A stretch of 56,591 bases of DNA, counting the filler, from Sphacelaria rigidula (lineage: Eukaryota), in NCBI GenBank assembly GCA_964200075.2. It is 5 parts of 5 records of this genome, joined end to end, with 100 filler letters (N's around TTAATTAATTAA, not from the genome) between each part and the next. Parts side by side here need not be neighbours in the genome. Positions count along the whole stretch, not along the records: positions 11,341 to 22,578 come from CAXNAA020005186.1; positions 22,679 to 33,916 come from CAXNAA020005187.1; 3 more parts are not named here. The stretch is one strand, 5' to 3'. Numbering within the stretch: the stretch's first letter is position 1; each line of letters starts with the position of its first letter. Positions 12,046-25,479 of this stretch are shown piece by piece. A program made the position numbers and the translations under genes. Under the pieces are notes generated by a model. The model saw only the letters and a program-made list of their open reading frames with translations. It had not been told where the DNA came from and made no database searches.

Positions 12046-15000
12046 ATGACTATCATTCAGCAGTCACCGCATCGTCCAGATGGGCACCCGAAAAAGCAAA
12101 AACGTCCGCCAGCGGGCATGATGCTACGTTCGGTGATGCCGCACTCTACGAGTGTACTGACTGCTGAGGCCCGAATCGTGATGGATATTCGTAGAGCCAG
12201 GTAAAACTATGCGAATTCACACATGGGCATTTGTTGAGCTATGTGTGAAGAAGAGTGACGAAGCAGCTGACGTGCGATGGCTATCTCGCACAACTCTGCG
12301 ACTCAGCATGAATACAGCTGTAGCGCGAAATATCTACCCTTCATGCCACGAGTTGGGGTCGAATCGGCTTGCCGAGCAGTTTCTTGTGTGGTACGTTCGC
12401 GATGGAAAAGGTTGCGCTATAGAATACTGCTATTATTATAGCTTTTTGGCCGTCTACTACACGCGCTCTCCCCTCCGATGAGAAAAGCCTGCATACCTGC
12501 CTATTGGGCAGAACATGACGTATCAACACATGAACACATGTAACAAGGCTGTTTGGGGTATTACAGGATACCCTGCACATCGAAATGTCGCCTCTTCTGT
12601 GCCTTTCAGGTGGACATGGCTATTCTACGGTGTGTCAACGAGTGATGCAGCGATTGCCCTTCCGCCCCCTCAGAAAAGTGGCTGGGTTGAAGCAGCGTAG
12701 TCTGCATGTGAATCAAAATGACGAAAGCCGAGCACACCGAGCAGCTGGGAACTCTGACCCTCGGGATCATTTTCGCCAATGCCGCCCATATGAGGCGCTT
12801 CATGCAGTCTGAAACCAGCTATCATGCGCTGTATGGCCATTTTCTCCGTGGCAATTTTTGGGGCTGGTTCGGGGGGGGGGGGGTATCACGGCATCACTCC
12901 AACACATGAAACGTTCAGCTGTTCGAATACCTTACTATCAAATGACCGCTATTTTTTGTCATCCTCATTTATTGAAGCTCACCTCGCTAAAAACTGTCGC
13001 ACATCGGCAGCTATTCCGTCTGCACGTCAGGACCTATTTCCACCACCACCAGTACTTGACTAAGAACCGCAAAAATATCGCTACAACACCGTGCGTGCTA
13101 CTCCTTCTCCACTCGTGGGCTTGTTATGCTGCACCTAGGTGTTCGGAAAGTCGATCGCCCTCTCCCACCACCAGCCCGGAGGTTTGCCGCTCTTCCATTT
13201 CTCCACCTATCGCCGATCCTGCAAAAGTGACCACTAGCACCGCCGCAACCGCCGCTGCATCCGTCACCACCAACAAGTCGCAGGAAAATGTGATAATGGC
13301 CTTGCCGAAATCGAGGACAGCGAAGGGTGGCACCACAAGATGTTATTCACCGAAACGACGGCAGTACTTGTTCCGAAGGGAGTGCTTTAACGGAGACGAG
13401 AACGACGACAAGAACGTAGTAGGCACCCCATGCCTAGAACAGCAACGCGGAAGCGATACGAACACCAAAGCACCTACTGCTGCTGGTGACAATCGTAGAG
13501 CCCTAGTAGTGATAGAAAAGCTGTGTCGGAGCCCTGCTGGGTGGCTGGACATGGACAGAATGTTTTCTTCTTCTGTTGATGGTGAAAAAGTGGTGATGAA
13601 GACTAGAAATCCGCCTGTTACGCTTGGCTCGGACGAGTACGAGGAGAGGAGACGCGAACGAGCCGCTCGCGGAGTGGTAGCCTTGCGACAACTCGGACAG
13701 GAGTTCGGAAGGATCGACGCCCTGTGAGTAATCCAAGCCGGTACCATCATGTTTTAGTTTATTTTTTGATGAAATAAGCGTCTGGCTGGGACCCAGGCAA
13801 AATTGAAGAATCAAGGCCAGCACTTTCCGACCGCTGAAATGCAATCGTGTGCGATCCAGAAGTCAGTGGTTTGTGAACGCTTTCAATCATCCGTTGTGCT
13901 GTACACGGAGGAAACATTTGAACCGCCTGCCGAGCAATACCATGCCCAGCATGTACCGTATGCATGCGCCCTCAAAACGAACACTTGCAGTATCAAGACG
14001 CAGCAAGCAAAGATGGCTAACGCGTTGATCAAGCGTGTGGCATCCGATAGAGGAACAACGACGAAGGGGGCGGTTGCAGCAGGACCGAGGCCCAGACAAA
14101 ATGAACCCACAAGCAACGCGATGAATAGCAATGCATCCGCACAGTCGATAAAAAATGATGACCCGTCAAGACCAGTGACCGCATCCCTTCATGTACAAGG
14201 ACCCCTTGAGCGGCAGGTACCAGGGAAAGGCGCCAACCGGGGGGATGATGGGGGCACACGCCCGCCCTTCTCGGGACGGCGTCCGTGGCGAGCCGGGGGA
14301 ATTTCGCCGTTCAAATGTGAAGACAAAAAGTGCGCGACCTAGTTTGAGTTTTTGGCGGGGTGGGGGCTACAGCTGAATACTCTAATCAAGTTGCTTTTGC
14401 GATCTATGTCAGGGTGGACTTAATGCTACTTAAACGAGCGTTATTTGGAAACGGTACCTGCTGGTTTTGACGCCCCCAAATTCAGAGCCCATACTACGTC
14501 GTGCACTGTGCACAATGTTGACACCGCCGGTTCGAATTGAGCAGATCAAACTCGCTGTGCACCCTTGTTGCAGTGGCGATGGCAGCGTTTTGTAGCTACC
14601 GATCGACATTGAGAAACTACTTCTCGGATTTTGAATTGATATGTAGTACGAAAAATGTTGTGGGACTAATGAGATATCCTCTGTTGTGCCGAGCTCCACC
14701 TCCCTACGCACTTCCTGTCGCGCAGGCCGCTGGTGCAGAGCAAAAGCGGTAAGGAACGCCGGGTAGCGGCGACCCTCTCCTCGAGACCCCCTGATGATGA
14801 CATCGTCGCAGCTAGGGCTAGGATTGAAGTGGAGAAAGCCGTGGATCGAGCTTGCAAAAATCTCGTCAATCGACCTTGGCGGCTAGCTGGCGTCAGGTGA
14901 AAATGCTGCGGTTGCGACGACACAATAGTGCCATGTTCGGTGAGAGTGTGGGAAGACGAAGTCGACGAACGATGAGGGAAACACTCGAGGTTCTCAAGTT

Positions 15001-18000
15001 ATGAAAATTCAAACATGATTTGCGAGAAGAGACAGTAATTAAAAAACCTAATCTCTACTTTACCAGCGACCCCCACTCCGATGGGTTCTCCCGATATATC
15101 TACACGATGGACGTTCGCCGAGACCGGGTTTGGTTTTTTATGGTTTCAACTCGAGAAAATATGTGCTTCCCTTCATAGAGCACACTCCTCTTCTACGCTT
15201 TGTGTCGGATCGCCCATTCCATGGAGTAGCACCAGCGGTGTCATCGAGGGAGGTTGGCAACAGCTTCATGTAGCAGCGGCGGAAATTTGAAAGAATCCTC
15301 GCCCGAGGCATATTCACGTTACAGTTTTCCTATCCGCAGCGTGCCGCTACATTCTGCGTCAAATTTCCGCTTTCTTCGACCATGTACCCCTGGATGCTGC
15401 ACCGTTTACACAGGTTAGTGACGGACCTTTCCATACGCGGCGGTCTATCGCGCTATGGTCGCAAGGAGAAGCAGAAGAAGATAGCAGCTCTCACCAAGCG
15501 TGTCTCAGCCCTTTTGCGGGGCCACGAAATTGCTCGGTAGGTTGTAATGTCACCGCTCTTGGCGTTCCACCCCGTTGCAAAGTGATGGCAAGCAAACTAG
15601 CAGTCTATTTCTTTGTTATCTCATCGGGATTGATTAATAACTGTTCCTCGGCTGCTTTGTCATCGATAGCAGGGAGTACATGCATTTCCTAGGAGGTAAC
15701 ATGTCTCCGATCCGCGATTGTCTTGAGCTATTCAGTTGCATGAGTTACCTCTGCGCTGCATAGTGAACACACCATATAAGAGCGTGTGCATACCCATCGT
15801 ATTCCCCTTCGTTTCGTGCCAGCGTCCTACCAAGTTTCCCCATGTACCACCACCACCCCCCGATGACGAGAGATGATTGACGTCTCAGCGATAGATCCAA
15901 GTGATTTCGATCTGCGTAACTCCCACCTCAAACGCACACAGCTGGACCTCCACTGATGCGTCCTAGACTACTGTCTCCCTCTTGCCTGGTTCTCGGGGGC
16001 AGGATGGAACCAACATGTTTCGTCAATGCACATCGACAAAGTACTGCCGGTGGTAACAGGCCACCAGTACAAGCCCACGACAGCGTCGGTGATGGAAAAG
16101 GGCAAATTCCTCTCCTTATGCGCCTTCGAACACACCCTGGTCACCAGAGTAAAAGGCATCCATGCTTCTCCCGACAACCGCTGATGAAATCTTCGACCGG
16201 GGAAAGCGTTGACCCTGCCTCCACCGGCGGCAAGTTTTTGGATGATGACTCGCGAGAATGCGGTGCTGAATGCGGTAGGGTGCACACGGCATACGACCTG
16301 AACCCTAGTACGAAGATTATTTCGGTAAATGCGGTTGGGAACGTGATTATCTCAGAGGACTACGATGATCGTGGCTGTCGGTGGTGGTTCGGCGATACTG
16401 AGGTCGAGTCGAGTGATCCGCTTCATCGGGACGAGAGCTGCGAAGTTCGACTACTGAACGCTAACGTGGGTAGAAATGGCGATGGATCCATGAGGTCTGG
16501 ACTTAGGGGTGATGAATGTTATTCTTGTGCAACGGGAGAAGTTATGATGGAGGGGGAAACGCAATCATGTTCGAATGCGAACGAATTTTCGTCAGGCAAA
16601 CGGACGACGTGTGGTGGCGAAACGAGAAACGCAAGCTTTGCCGCGGCAACAGCAGGTCACCGAGTGGAGGAAGATCTTGTTGATTGGGCCAGATGGCCGT
16701 TGAGCGACAAACTGCCAACACCCGCAGATCCGCTTCGACGGCAATACCAGCGAGAAGCCAGACTGGACAATTCACCGGTGGCGACATCCCGGCCTGTGTT
16801 CGAGTTCATATCGAACGTGCCTGGCGCACTGTGCTGTGACGGCGATCGCCTCAACACGTCGTGTACCAGCCGATCGAATAACGCCGCGGCGCAGGGCGAA
16901 GGGAGTCGTCGACGCAACTCTCGTCGTACACGAGTGTGTCGACATGGTCGCGGTAGCGGTGGTAGTGGAAGTTGTGACGGTGGACGGGCAGCTTCACCGC
17001 CCCGTCACTCGAAGGTCTCGGAGTTCATTGTGTCTGGACGGATAGAGAAACGACCGCGATGGAACTCTAGATTCTGGTTGCCGACGGTACGTTGCAGGAT
17101 GGGCAGCAACCCCCTAATATCGCAAGGTCTCTGCTTTATTTTCTCGACGCTACGTTGAAGAATCGTAAATCGCGGCAAGAATTATCCCTCCATTCTACAA
17201 TAGGGTTGGGTGTTGGTGGAAATACTATGCCAGTGTTGTCGAGAAGGCAGGGGTGAAGCACACTTGGTGGTGTGTCTAAGTCTGTGGGCAGCGCTTTGTC
17301 ATGATAATGAGATGGTCGAAACGCTCTCCACCAATAACGAGTCATGTCAAGAGCTAGAAATCCCCAAGCAATATGATGGCTGCCGGTATACGCTCGCTCT
17401 CCAATTACCTTTCGTCTCCCCCAACGTATCCTCCCGGCGACCACGTTCTAGGAACCTACCACCACAGATATAACAGCGGGTGTAAGAAGAAGTCCTTCCC
17501 CTTCACGGCGTACTCGAAAGCGGTACTCCAACGACCCCGGAAGTGCAGTGAACGGGGCGCCGCTATACGTGAAGTTGTCCACATTCGCTCGCGCCACCGT
17601 CGGAGCTACTCCATCCAAGACTAAGTTGTCGGAGCTAAAACAACGGTACACCTTGTACGAGATTGGGCACGAACGGTACGATGCCCCATATCGCATCCTT
17701 CAGTCATCTGTCACTGCCGCGGGGCAAGCAGACGAAGACCAAAGCCCAAGTTCGGCATACTCTGTAGCAGAAAACGTCAGAACACCGCTCATAAATACCG
17801 CCATCGTCCCCTTAGAATCGTTCCCACTCAGAGATGCGGCTACCGGGATGCAGCACAGTGATGTGATTATTAACGCTGAACCTGGGATAGAGGTAGTTGT
17901 CAGCGAGTTATGTACGATGCACCGTGACGTAAGTCAGGAGAGCAGGTCACGTGAACAGACAGCAGAGGGTACGATAGCCTTGAGTTGCGAAGAACTCGGT

Positions 18001-20525
18001 GGAGAGGCTATGCGGCCGTCAGAACGCGCTCGGTCACCTGGTACAACTGGATCGGCAAAGCCTGTTCCGCAACGCCGTGGTCGATCGGAGGGAGTCGACG
18101 AGGAACGTTTTGCGAGAGGGTCGTCGTGCGGCGTCGTGGGAAGGAACGAGCGCGCTGCTGTGGTCCCCGCTTCCCGCGGGCTTTTGATCGAGTTTGTGCG
18201 GCCATCACGAGCGCCGTTGCGACATGAAGAGCGGACTAAAGGTGGGTTTGATGTCGAACTTAACACGTGGACGTCACCATTGTGCTGCTTGGCACAGGTG
18301 AAGAAGGGGCCACGCGCATAACGCTTACCGTTAGCTGGGGTCCCTCGCGAATTGTGCTGCTGCGAAAGCACCGATGTTGCCATGTCTCGACGCAAGCGGC
18401 ACTGAGCCATGAGTTATAGACGCCATAATTAACCAAGACATGGAAAGCGGAACGCCAGTTGTGTCCACCACTTTCCCCGATCTTGCTGAATTAGCTTCAA
18501 GCGCAAAATTTCCATGTTGCAACTCATCGACACATCGTTCAAGTGATCTCTTTTCCACCTGTCATATCCTGCATTTCCCTCAATGCCATCTGTTCCTCAC
18601 CAAACTCGCATGTTCCAGGCATAACGCCAGCGCGTCAATCTCCTGATTCTGCCAAAGGTGTCGGGAAACACGAGATGAAGCCGCCACCCTCTGCTGGAAC
18701 AACGGCACCAATCCCCACGGTCGCTGGAACAAACAATAACATGAGCATTCCGTTTTCATCGCGGTGCTTGCGTCAGCCAGTGGATAGCTCTAGTACCAAT
18801 ATCGGGAGCACAGCTGCGAGAGAAGACCGTTCGCGGAAGTTCCTCGTTCTCACGCTGGGTTTCCTGCGCCGCTTGGTGGAATATTCCGCAGACGGTGAAC
18901 GGGGTCTCCATCTTCAAACAAACAGCAAGAGCAACGGTAGCTGCACTTCTGTTCAGCGGACGAATCAGAGCAATCGCCCCGACAGTACAGCCGACAAACA
19001 GTTCTGCGGGGTGCAAGGCGGTACCCCCCGCGGCTATTGGGAGTATAGCGAGAATCATTCCAACGACAAAAGCATCGAGAACGAAAGAACAGCGTTTGGC
19101 GTAGCAACGGGGCGACAAACCTCTCCCCCGCCGCCACAACCGCCGACACCACCTTGGTGCACGATAGCAAGTATCCTCCGGCAAGTGCAAGCGATGGGAG
19201 ACCAGCGAGATGTCTTGCACGAGCGACTTCATGACGTGCTCGGTCCAACCTTGATAGGAGCACTGGCACGCCTCGTTGTGCGTGCCTTCCGACCGCCTTC
19301 CTTCTCCACTTCATTTTCCAATCCATGTTCTCCACGATATTGTGGGATAAGGAACCACGAAACGTTTCGAGACAGTGCTGGCCAGCGAAGGGCAAGTGGA
19401 TGCTCGGGGGTAAACGCTGTTTTCTTGGGTTCGACGGTGCGCGATATCTTGTGGAAAACCGGCAAAGTTCCGGTGCAGGACGACGTCGATCGCCCGAAGA
19501 CCACCATTGGTAGCTGTCGGGTTGGTTACGGCAATCCCTCCCGCATATCGCCGCCCGGCGATATCGGTCGTGTAAGGGATGTCGACAGCGACCGGAGTCG
19601 ATCCACACCTGTGGCGATGTCAAACAACTTCGCAGATGATGTCAAGACTGGATCGGACCTCGAAGTAGTTCCCGATTACAATGGAGCTGTTATTGACGTG
19701 GAAAATCCACTCGAGGGAAATAGGGGTGCTGGGAGAAGTCTCCACGCTCATCCGGGTAGTAGCAACGTTGTCTTTCACGAAGAAGCAGAAAATGGGCAAC
19801 GAAATAATGCCGCGGATGATTCAGGCATGGAAAACGGATCGAGTGGGGGCTATAGCATGGACACGTTTTATCCAGAAGATTCGTCTCTTCCAGAATTCTT
19901 CCCGCATGACCACCCTCCAGACACCAACGAAGCTGTCACCGGTTCTTGTGAAGGATACAGTAGCGCAGTCAGCTGTGGTGTAGACGACGGCGGGTACGGC
20001 AACAGCCCTTACCACGAGGACCGTTATATAGTTCGAGCGATCGGTGAAGAAAAGATTGCTGTGACCGGGGACCGAGAGAAGGCCAGAGAGGTCAACTACG
20101 ATGAGTGGTGGTACCCTCTGAGGGATTGTGGTCGCCTCAGCGTGCTTGCCGAGATGCAGCGGGTCAACAGCCATGTGCACATTCCTGGGCTCGCCGAGGA
20201 CGCGAGGGCATTTGCAGGCGAGTTGGTTCGTTTAGTCGGCGATGATATTGGTGGGACGCCATCTTCTTCCGGCGGCGGCGGCGGCACCCAGGTCTTGACA
20301 GAGGGGTCCAGTGGAGCTCACCACTTGGCATCAGCAATGCCAACCGATGCAGAGAGATCCTCGGCGGAGGGGGTTGCAGAGGGGATGCCGCTAGATGGTG
20401 TTGATAGTTCTTTGATGATTCGCAGCTGCAGGGATGACCACGACTTGAGTGATGGCAGTGTTGGTGATTCTTCGGTACTTACGGCCGTCCATGCGTTCAG
20501 TGACGACAACACCACCCAATCGTAG
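12046..20525 (+). CDS. Multi-exon gene encoding a large (~1,680 aa) Ser/Gly/Arg-rich protein of unknown function; 5' end uncertain
   Basis: Phase-consistent GT-AG model with exons ~12046-12200, 13139-13723, 13991-14329, 14726-14896, 15414-15536, 16003-17086, 17452-18297 and 18777-20525 (TAG). Intron phases 2,2,2,2,2,0,0 all match, and the model uses the long + ORFs of the track. Confidence 0.75.
12640..12899 (-). mobile_element. MITE family A variant with GAGTGATGC termini, 4-bp TSD CAAC; intronic
   Basis: TIRs gagtgatgcagcgat / atcacggcatcactc. CAAC at 12636-12639 and 12900-12903. Body is a reverse homolog of 677-930 and 36652-36900. Confidence 0.85.
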
Positions 20526-21299
20526 CGTAGAGCAAGGTAGACACCACTGCATACTATGAGAAGGGCCATTGACTGTTTTGTATTTGATTATATGTCTGTG
20601 TCACCTGCTACTTGCCACTACTTGACCAGATGGACCCGGAAAGTCATGTGTTTTTTCATCGTTGGTAAGATGGCGATGGTGCTGAACATGTACCTTGTCG
20701 CCGTCATATCCTCACGACATTTGCTCTTTGACATTGCCTTGAAATACAAGTCGTAGTGCCGTCATCTCCGCGCATACAAATAATAGCCTTGTTTCCGAGT
20801 AAGCCACTCCCATTGGACGTGACAGCGTTCGCAGGGAAGAAGGATGAACGTCATGCAAGGCTAACCGCCAAATCGTTCCCGCAAGAGATGTGAAGGATCA
20901 CTTCCTAGTCATCGGTGCACAAGGCAGACAACAATGTATGAACTGCGAACGGGGAACTTGTGTTCCTTACGTCGGTCACCAAATCCTGGGCCTTGTATCG
21001 AGAACTGGACTAGAATAACTTGCAGTGCTGCAGTTGTTTTCGCTCAATTGGCACCTCCGTTGCAGTATCATGCTTACGGTCGCAGTAACCTCGGCGACTT
21101 ACCGTCATTTTCACTCACCCGGCGTAGACAGCAGCGTTGACTTGCCCCAGGTGCAAGTTCTCACACGCCAGTGGCCGAGTCTGGACCGCGTCGACACTCA
21201 TGTCCGTGAGGCAGCGATTCTTCTCGATCACCCCTAAAGTCGCTTTTGCATCGTTTTCCCCCCGAAGTGAAAACTTGGGTAAAGTGCACACTAGATGGT

Positions 21300-21480
21300 G
21301 CCCCCCTCATCATTTTTCACTTTACTTTGTTTCTCGTTCCTTTTTGTCTCTTCGCCTGTTTTTTCGAGTTTCCTGTCGCGTGTGTTCCCGTACATATTAC
21401 CGTCGATACGCCCATCTTGTCACCACGAATGGATTGGCAGCGGATCAGTTAATGTTGCACGGCAACCAACTAGTAGTAGT
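21300..21480 (+). repeat. Retroposon 3' end with (TAG)n tail
   Basis: T-rich tract followed by caccacgaatggatt...ggatcagttaatgt and tagtagtag. Confidence 0.5.
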
Positions 21481-22427
21481 CGACCTTCATCCTTGGGTGT
21501 CCAAATGCAGGCGATCCATTTTCTGCTAGCTCAAACTGTGCAACTTATTTTTATGAAACTCGGAAGTTAATTTGCAACTAGACTGCACAATCTAGACGTC
21601 AAGTCAAGTTTTCGCGGTACATTTTGCTAAAATATAGGGTAAGTTGAAGATAACGCCCACCCTAGCTCGTGCAGTGATGCAAGTTACTCCGATGCTCTTT
21701 AGTATGGGCTGTGGGCGCCTTGCCTTATTTGCGTCGGGATTAATTTCTGAGTGGTTTGAGCCTACACGCACAGCTCCAAATTGCGCGTTTACTTTTACCT
21801 ACCTTCGGGCTGAAATAGGTTGTGAAGTACCCACTTTTCCCTTTTGCTCAAAATATTTTTGGTCGCCTTCGTTTTTTTCCTTCTTGAAACTTCCTGGACT
21901 TGTGACGAATTCAGCGACTTGACACCTTGTTTTGGTGGCTCTATGTATGGTGACAAGATGCAGCGAACTACGGTTGGTCGATTGTGTTGCATTGCAATGC
22001 ATTACGGCATCTACGATAGTGTGGTCCAGTAAAATTGTTTGCTTGCATGCACGCAGCAAGAACCGCAAACTATCGTGGGTTGCTATGGTGGTTACTGTGT
22101 GCACTACTCGTATATACGGCTACTATTATAGCTGAGCAGGTCATAAGTCGCACATATTATGAGACCTCGAAGGAAGAATTTCGGTTTAGATCCAAGATAT
22201 TCGTCCATCAAGTCGGTGTCCATACCAAGCTATACCAAAACTACATAAAACGAATCTCGTCTTTGTAATACTGTGTCCGATTATTTTCGAAAATGATATT
22301 GAACATTAAAGAAAACGAGGTTCAACCCCAACACAGTTTTCGTGGGTACATATGCTCTTCTTGTGGTTAGCAAGTGGTGCACGCAAGTAGCCACCACTCA
22401 CTTTTGTGATATATGCTAATATGCAAA

Positions 22428-22450
22428 CTTCCTCTGTCCCATAAGTAAAC
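22428..22450 (+). repeat. Single Stowaway-like TIR
   Basis: cttcctctgtcccataagtaaa is identical to the reverse complement of the right TIR of 48322-48898. No partner TIR is seen before the linker. Confidence 0.65.
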
Positions 22451-22578
22451 TCCGTTATGGGCTTTTAATCGAATGTGCATTCAAACTCTTCCGATCATCC
22501 CACAGTTGGGTTCGCAGGAAAGATGAAGCGCCAACAAAGCTGATGCAAAAATAATGAATAAATAAAAAGTTAGTGGTC

Positions 22579-22678
22579 NNNNNNNNNNNNNNNNNNNNNN
22601 NNNNNNNNNNNNNNNNNNNNNNTTAATTAATTAANNNNNNNNNNNNNNNNNNNNNNNNNNNNNNNNNNNNNNNNNNNN
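22579..22678. other. Artificial linker
   Basis: N44-TTAATTAATTAA-N44. Confidence 0.99.
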
Positions 22679-23154
22679 CGCCCCCCCCCCCCACCTCCCG
22701 CACGATGAGATGAGTGCATCCCCGCCCCAAACACCCTCACGTACGGGGGGATATCATTCGATGCTCAAGCCATTTGCGGGCGGACTACGCGATGCTTGCA
22801 AACGCATGGTAGGTGTGATCAAAACAGCGACACCCCTAACTTTGCGTATTCCTCGCTACGATGGTCAGGGGCACCACCGTCCGTTTGCGATGGGCCAAAA
22901 CGGTGGATACTATCCCGGGGCACGGCTGGTTTCCTTTCTCTGGAAAAAACCATGGGCCCAACTTCCACCGGAGACTCGAAGGTTTCGCAAAATATTCGCT
23001 CAATGGTATCGCGTATCATAAATGGAATTTTCGATTCTTGATGAGGTCTTGGATGCACTCTCTATCAGCCGAAACAAAAGCGGGGCAATATTCACCCGCG
23101 ATTCTACGAGCTGGTTCATGCCCATCACCCAAAAAACACTCCTCGGCAAAACCT

Positions 23155-23880
23155 CACGCCGGCTTAAGAGTTAGACCCTGAGATTTTGCACACGTGTTGT
23201 ATTGGTCATTACGCAACTTGCGAAGGTCGAGTTTTTTTTTCAACTTTTTTACCTTTTTTACCGTTTTTCGGGAGTCCCATTTTTTTCGGGGAAATTTCGA
23301 TCCAGTCGGACCCCCGGAAAACAGTAAAAAAACAAAACATCAAAAACCTCGTTCATCCGAAATTGCTTAATGATCCATAGCACAGTTGTGCAAAATTTCA
23401 GGGTCTAAATCCTTGAAACGGCGCGAGTGTTTTCGCGTTTGTGCGATGAACTGTGCCGTGCCACGGTGAAATCGCAAACTACTTGAGTTTAGCACGAAAA
23501 TGGCGTTTTCGAGCCTTCTTTGCCGTGAACATGAAAATTCAGGCATCAGTGAATCGATTTTTGCCACGAAATTTTGTGCGGCCCTTTCTCGGTTTATGCG
23601 GCAACAGCTCGTTCGCGAAAAAAAACCGCAGTGGCGGTTTTCCGGGGTCCCAGAATGGAGACTACTTCGAAGAAACGACTTAAAACCCTTCGGATCCCCA
23701 AAAAACGGTAAAAAATCAAAGAGTGAAAAGTCCTCGTTCATCAAAACTTGCGTAATGATCCATAGCACATTCGTGCAAAGTTTCAGGATCCAATTCCTCA
23801 TAACTGCATAAAGGTTTGCGCGTTTGTGCGAGGACGTAAGCTTGAAATGTGCAACTCCTAACTACTTGATTTTAGTATGA
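23155..23880. repeat. Foldback-type repeat: inverted arms plus a diverged direct copy of the right arm
   Basis: ttagaccctgagattttgcaca (23171) is inverted against tgtgcaaaatttcagggtctaa (~23387-23408). The block cctcgttcat...taatgatccatagcaca recurs at ~23347 and ~23732. Confidence 0.7.
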
Positions 23881-25479
23881 AGACGTCTTTTTTTTATGAA
23901 TTTCAAGTCAAGGCAAGAAAAACGATATGATGTTTTCGATTTTCTCGACCAAACTTTGTACATGTGTTCCATGGACTATTCCGGGACGCATCATATCATC
24001 CCTTTATTTTTTTTGGCATTCTGCCTTGCCTTGCGGAGGTCTGTAGAGTAGTCCACCTCCAGTACACGTAGTCTCCAGGCCCTAGTGAGGGAGGAAGCCC
24101 TTGGAGCAATCTTGTGACCTTGTTCTGAGTCCAGGAGGGCTCTATAGGTCCCGGTGTAAAGAGAAATTTTGAAATCTAGTCTACATTGAAAAATTCCATC
24201 TGGAGCATCAAAATACCTACGGAACCGCCAAGTTTGAGGATGATCTGAGCTTTTATACTCCAGATATAAAAGAAACCGTCATGAGGCTCCCTGGGTCTTT
24301 CGTGCGTATCATTAGTGGAAATTAGAGGACGCCGAGACTCCACATTACCGAAAAATCACGGTTTTGGGTATAGATCGACCCCGTTGTGACCCCTTTCATG
24401 TTTTTTCCCCCGTTAAATTCCTGAGCTGATGGCGATTACTACGATTTGAAGCATGTGGAGATTCGGTGAAAATTGGGCTTGGAATTCGTGTTCCAATTTC
24501 AGAACAACTTGAAGGGCGCTGATTGGTCGAAGTACCTTTTCGCCCTTAGCGCTCGCTCCCAGTATGGCCCTGAACATAAATCTGGCTATGTCACGCTTTC
24601 CAGCTGTTCATGGTGGTCAGTATGATATCATGTATGCAACTATTTGGGTAGGTATTGCGAAAGGCATTTGCTGATTACACCATTTTGGGTGATAAGCGTG
24701 AACCAGGTCGTATCTTAATTCAAATGAATTGGCCAGGACTCACCGGTCTTATTGTTGACACTTCGTTTGAAGTTTACGAAGTCGGACTGTACCCGTTTCG
24801 ACCGCGAGTCATTCCTACTGTACCTCCCCTGATTCGATACCGCAGATACGATTTCCGGGTTGCCTTTTTTATGCATGGCACATCTTGAACGCCCCCCAAA
24901 ATTGGCTATGTGGAGTGTTCAACAGTCATTTTCCAATGAAAAAAAAGGGTTAATGTCGCAAAAGCACCTCAGATTCTGGGTCTCTACAAACTTCCCAGTT
25001 GGACGATGTTACCCCCCCCCTCGATTGAAATAAGAGTTGGGCCCGTGAAACTTTGGCCCAGGGTACTGCGAAAGTAGCCTTTACTCGTCAGATATATGAA
25101 GTTCTCTCGAGCATATCCAGCCCGAGAGAGAATAGGGAATGCGCTTTGCGCTGCCGCGCGACAGTAGCTAGAAGTCGGTTTGCGCCGAACCCAACAAAAC
25201 TCGACGTTTCAAGATTGCGGGGTAGATGTAAACACAGATCCCAGCAACTGCCAGCAGTTGATGATCTTGTAGTGTGTGCACTAGCGTTGCAACTGCTTCA
25301 AAAATTATGCGTGAGATATTCATCGCCGAAAATGTGGTACGGCTGCTATCCAGAGAAGCGGGTTGGGGGATGCCCTGGGAGCAAAAGGGAGGGCTCGCGC
25401 ATCTGTTAGCGGGAGCGACGATGAAAAGGTGGGCACAGTAAAGAGTTTTGTGAAAGGGCGTGGAAAATTGTCAATGTTA

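Noticed and set aside
12341..12580. VVDGQKAII resembling a MULE transposase motif
   Set aside because: The match is too weak, and the region is intronic in the + strand gene model.
18756..19623. Long minus-strand ORFs
   Set aside because: They overlap the last exon of the well-supported + strand gene.
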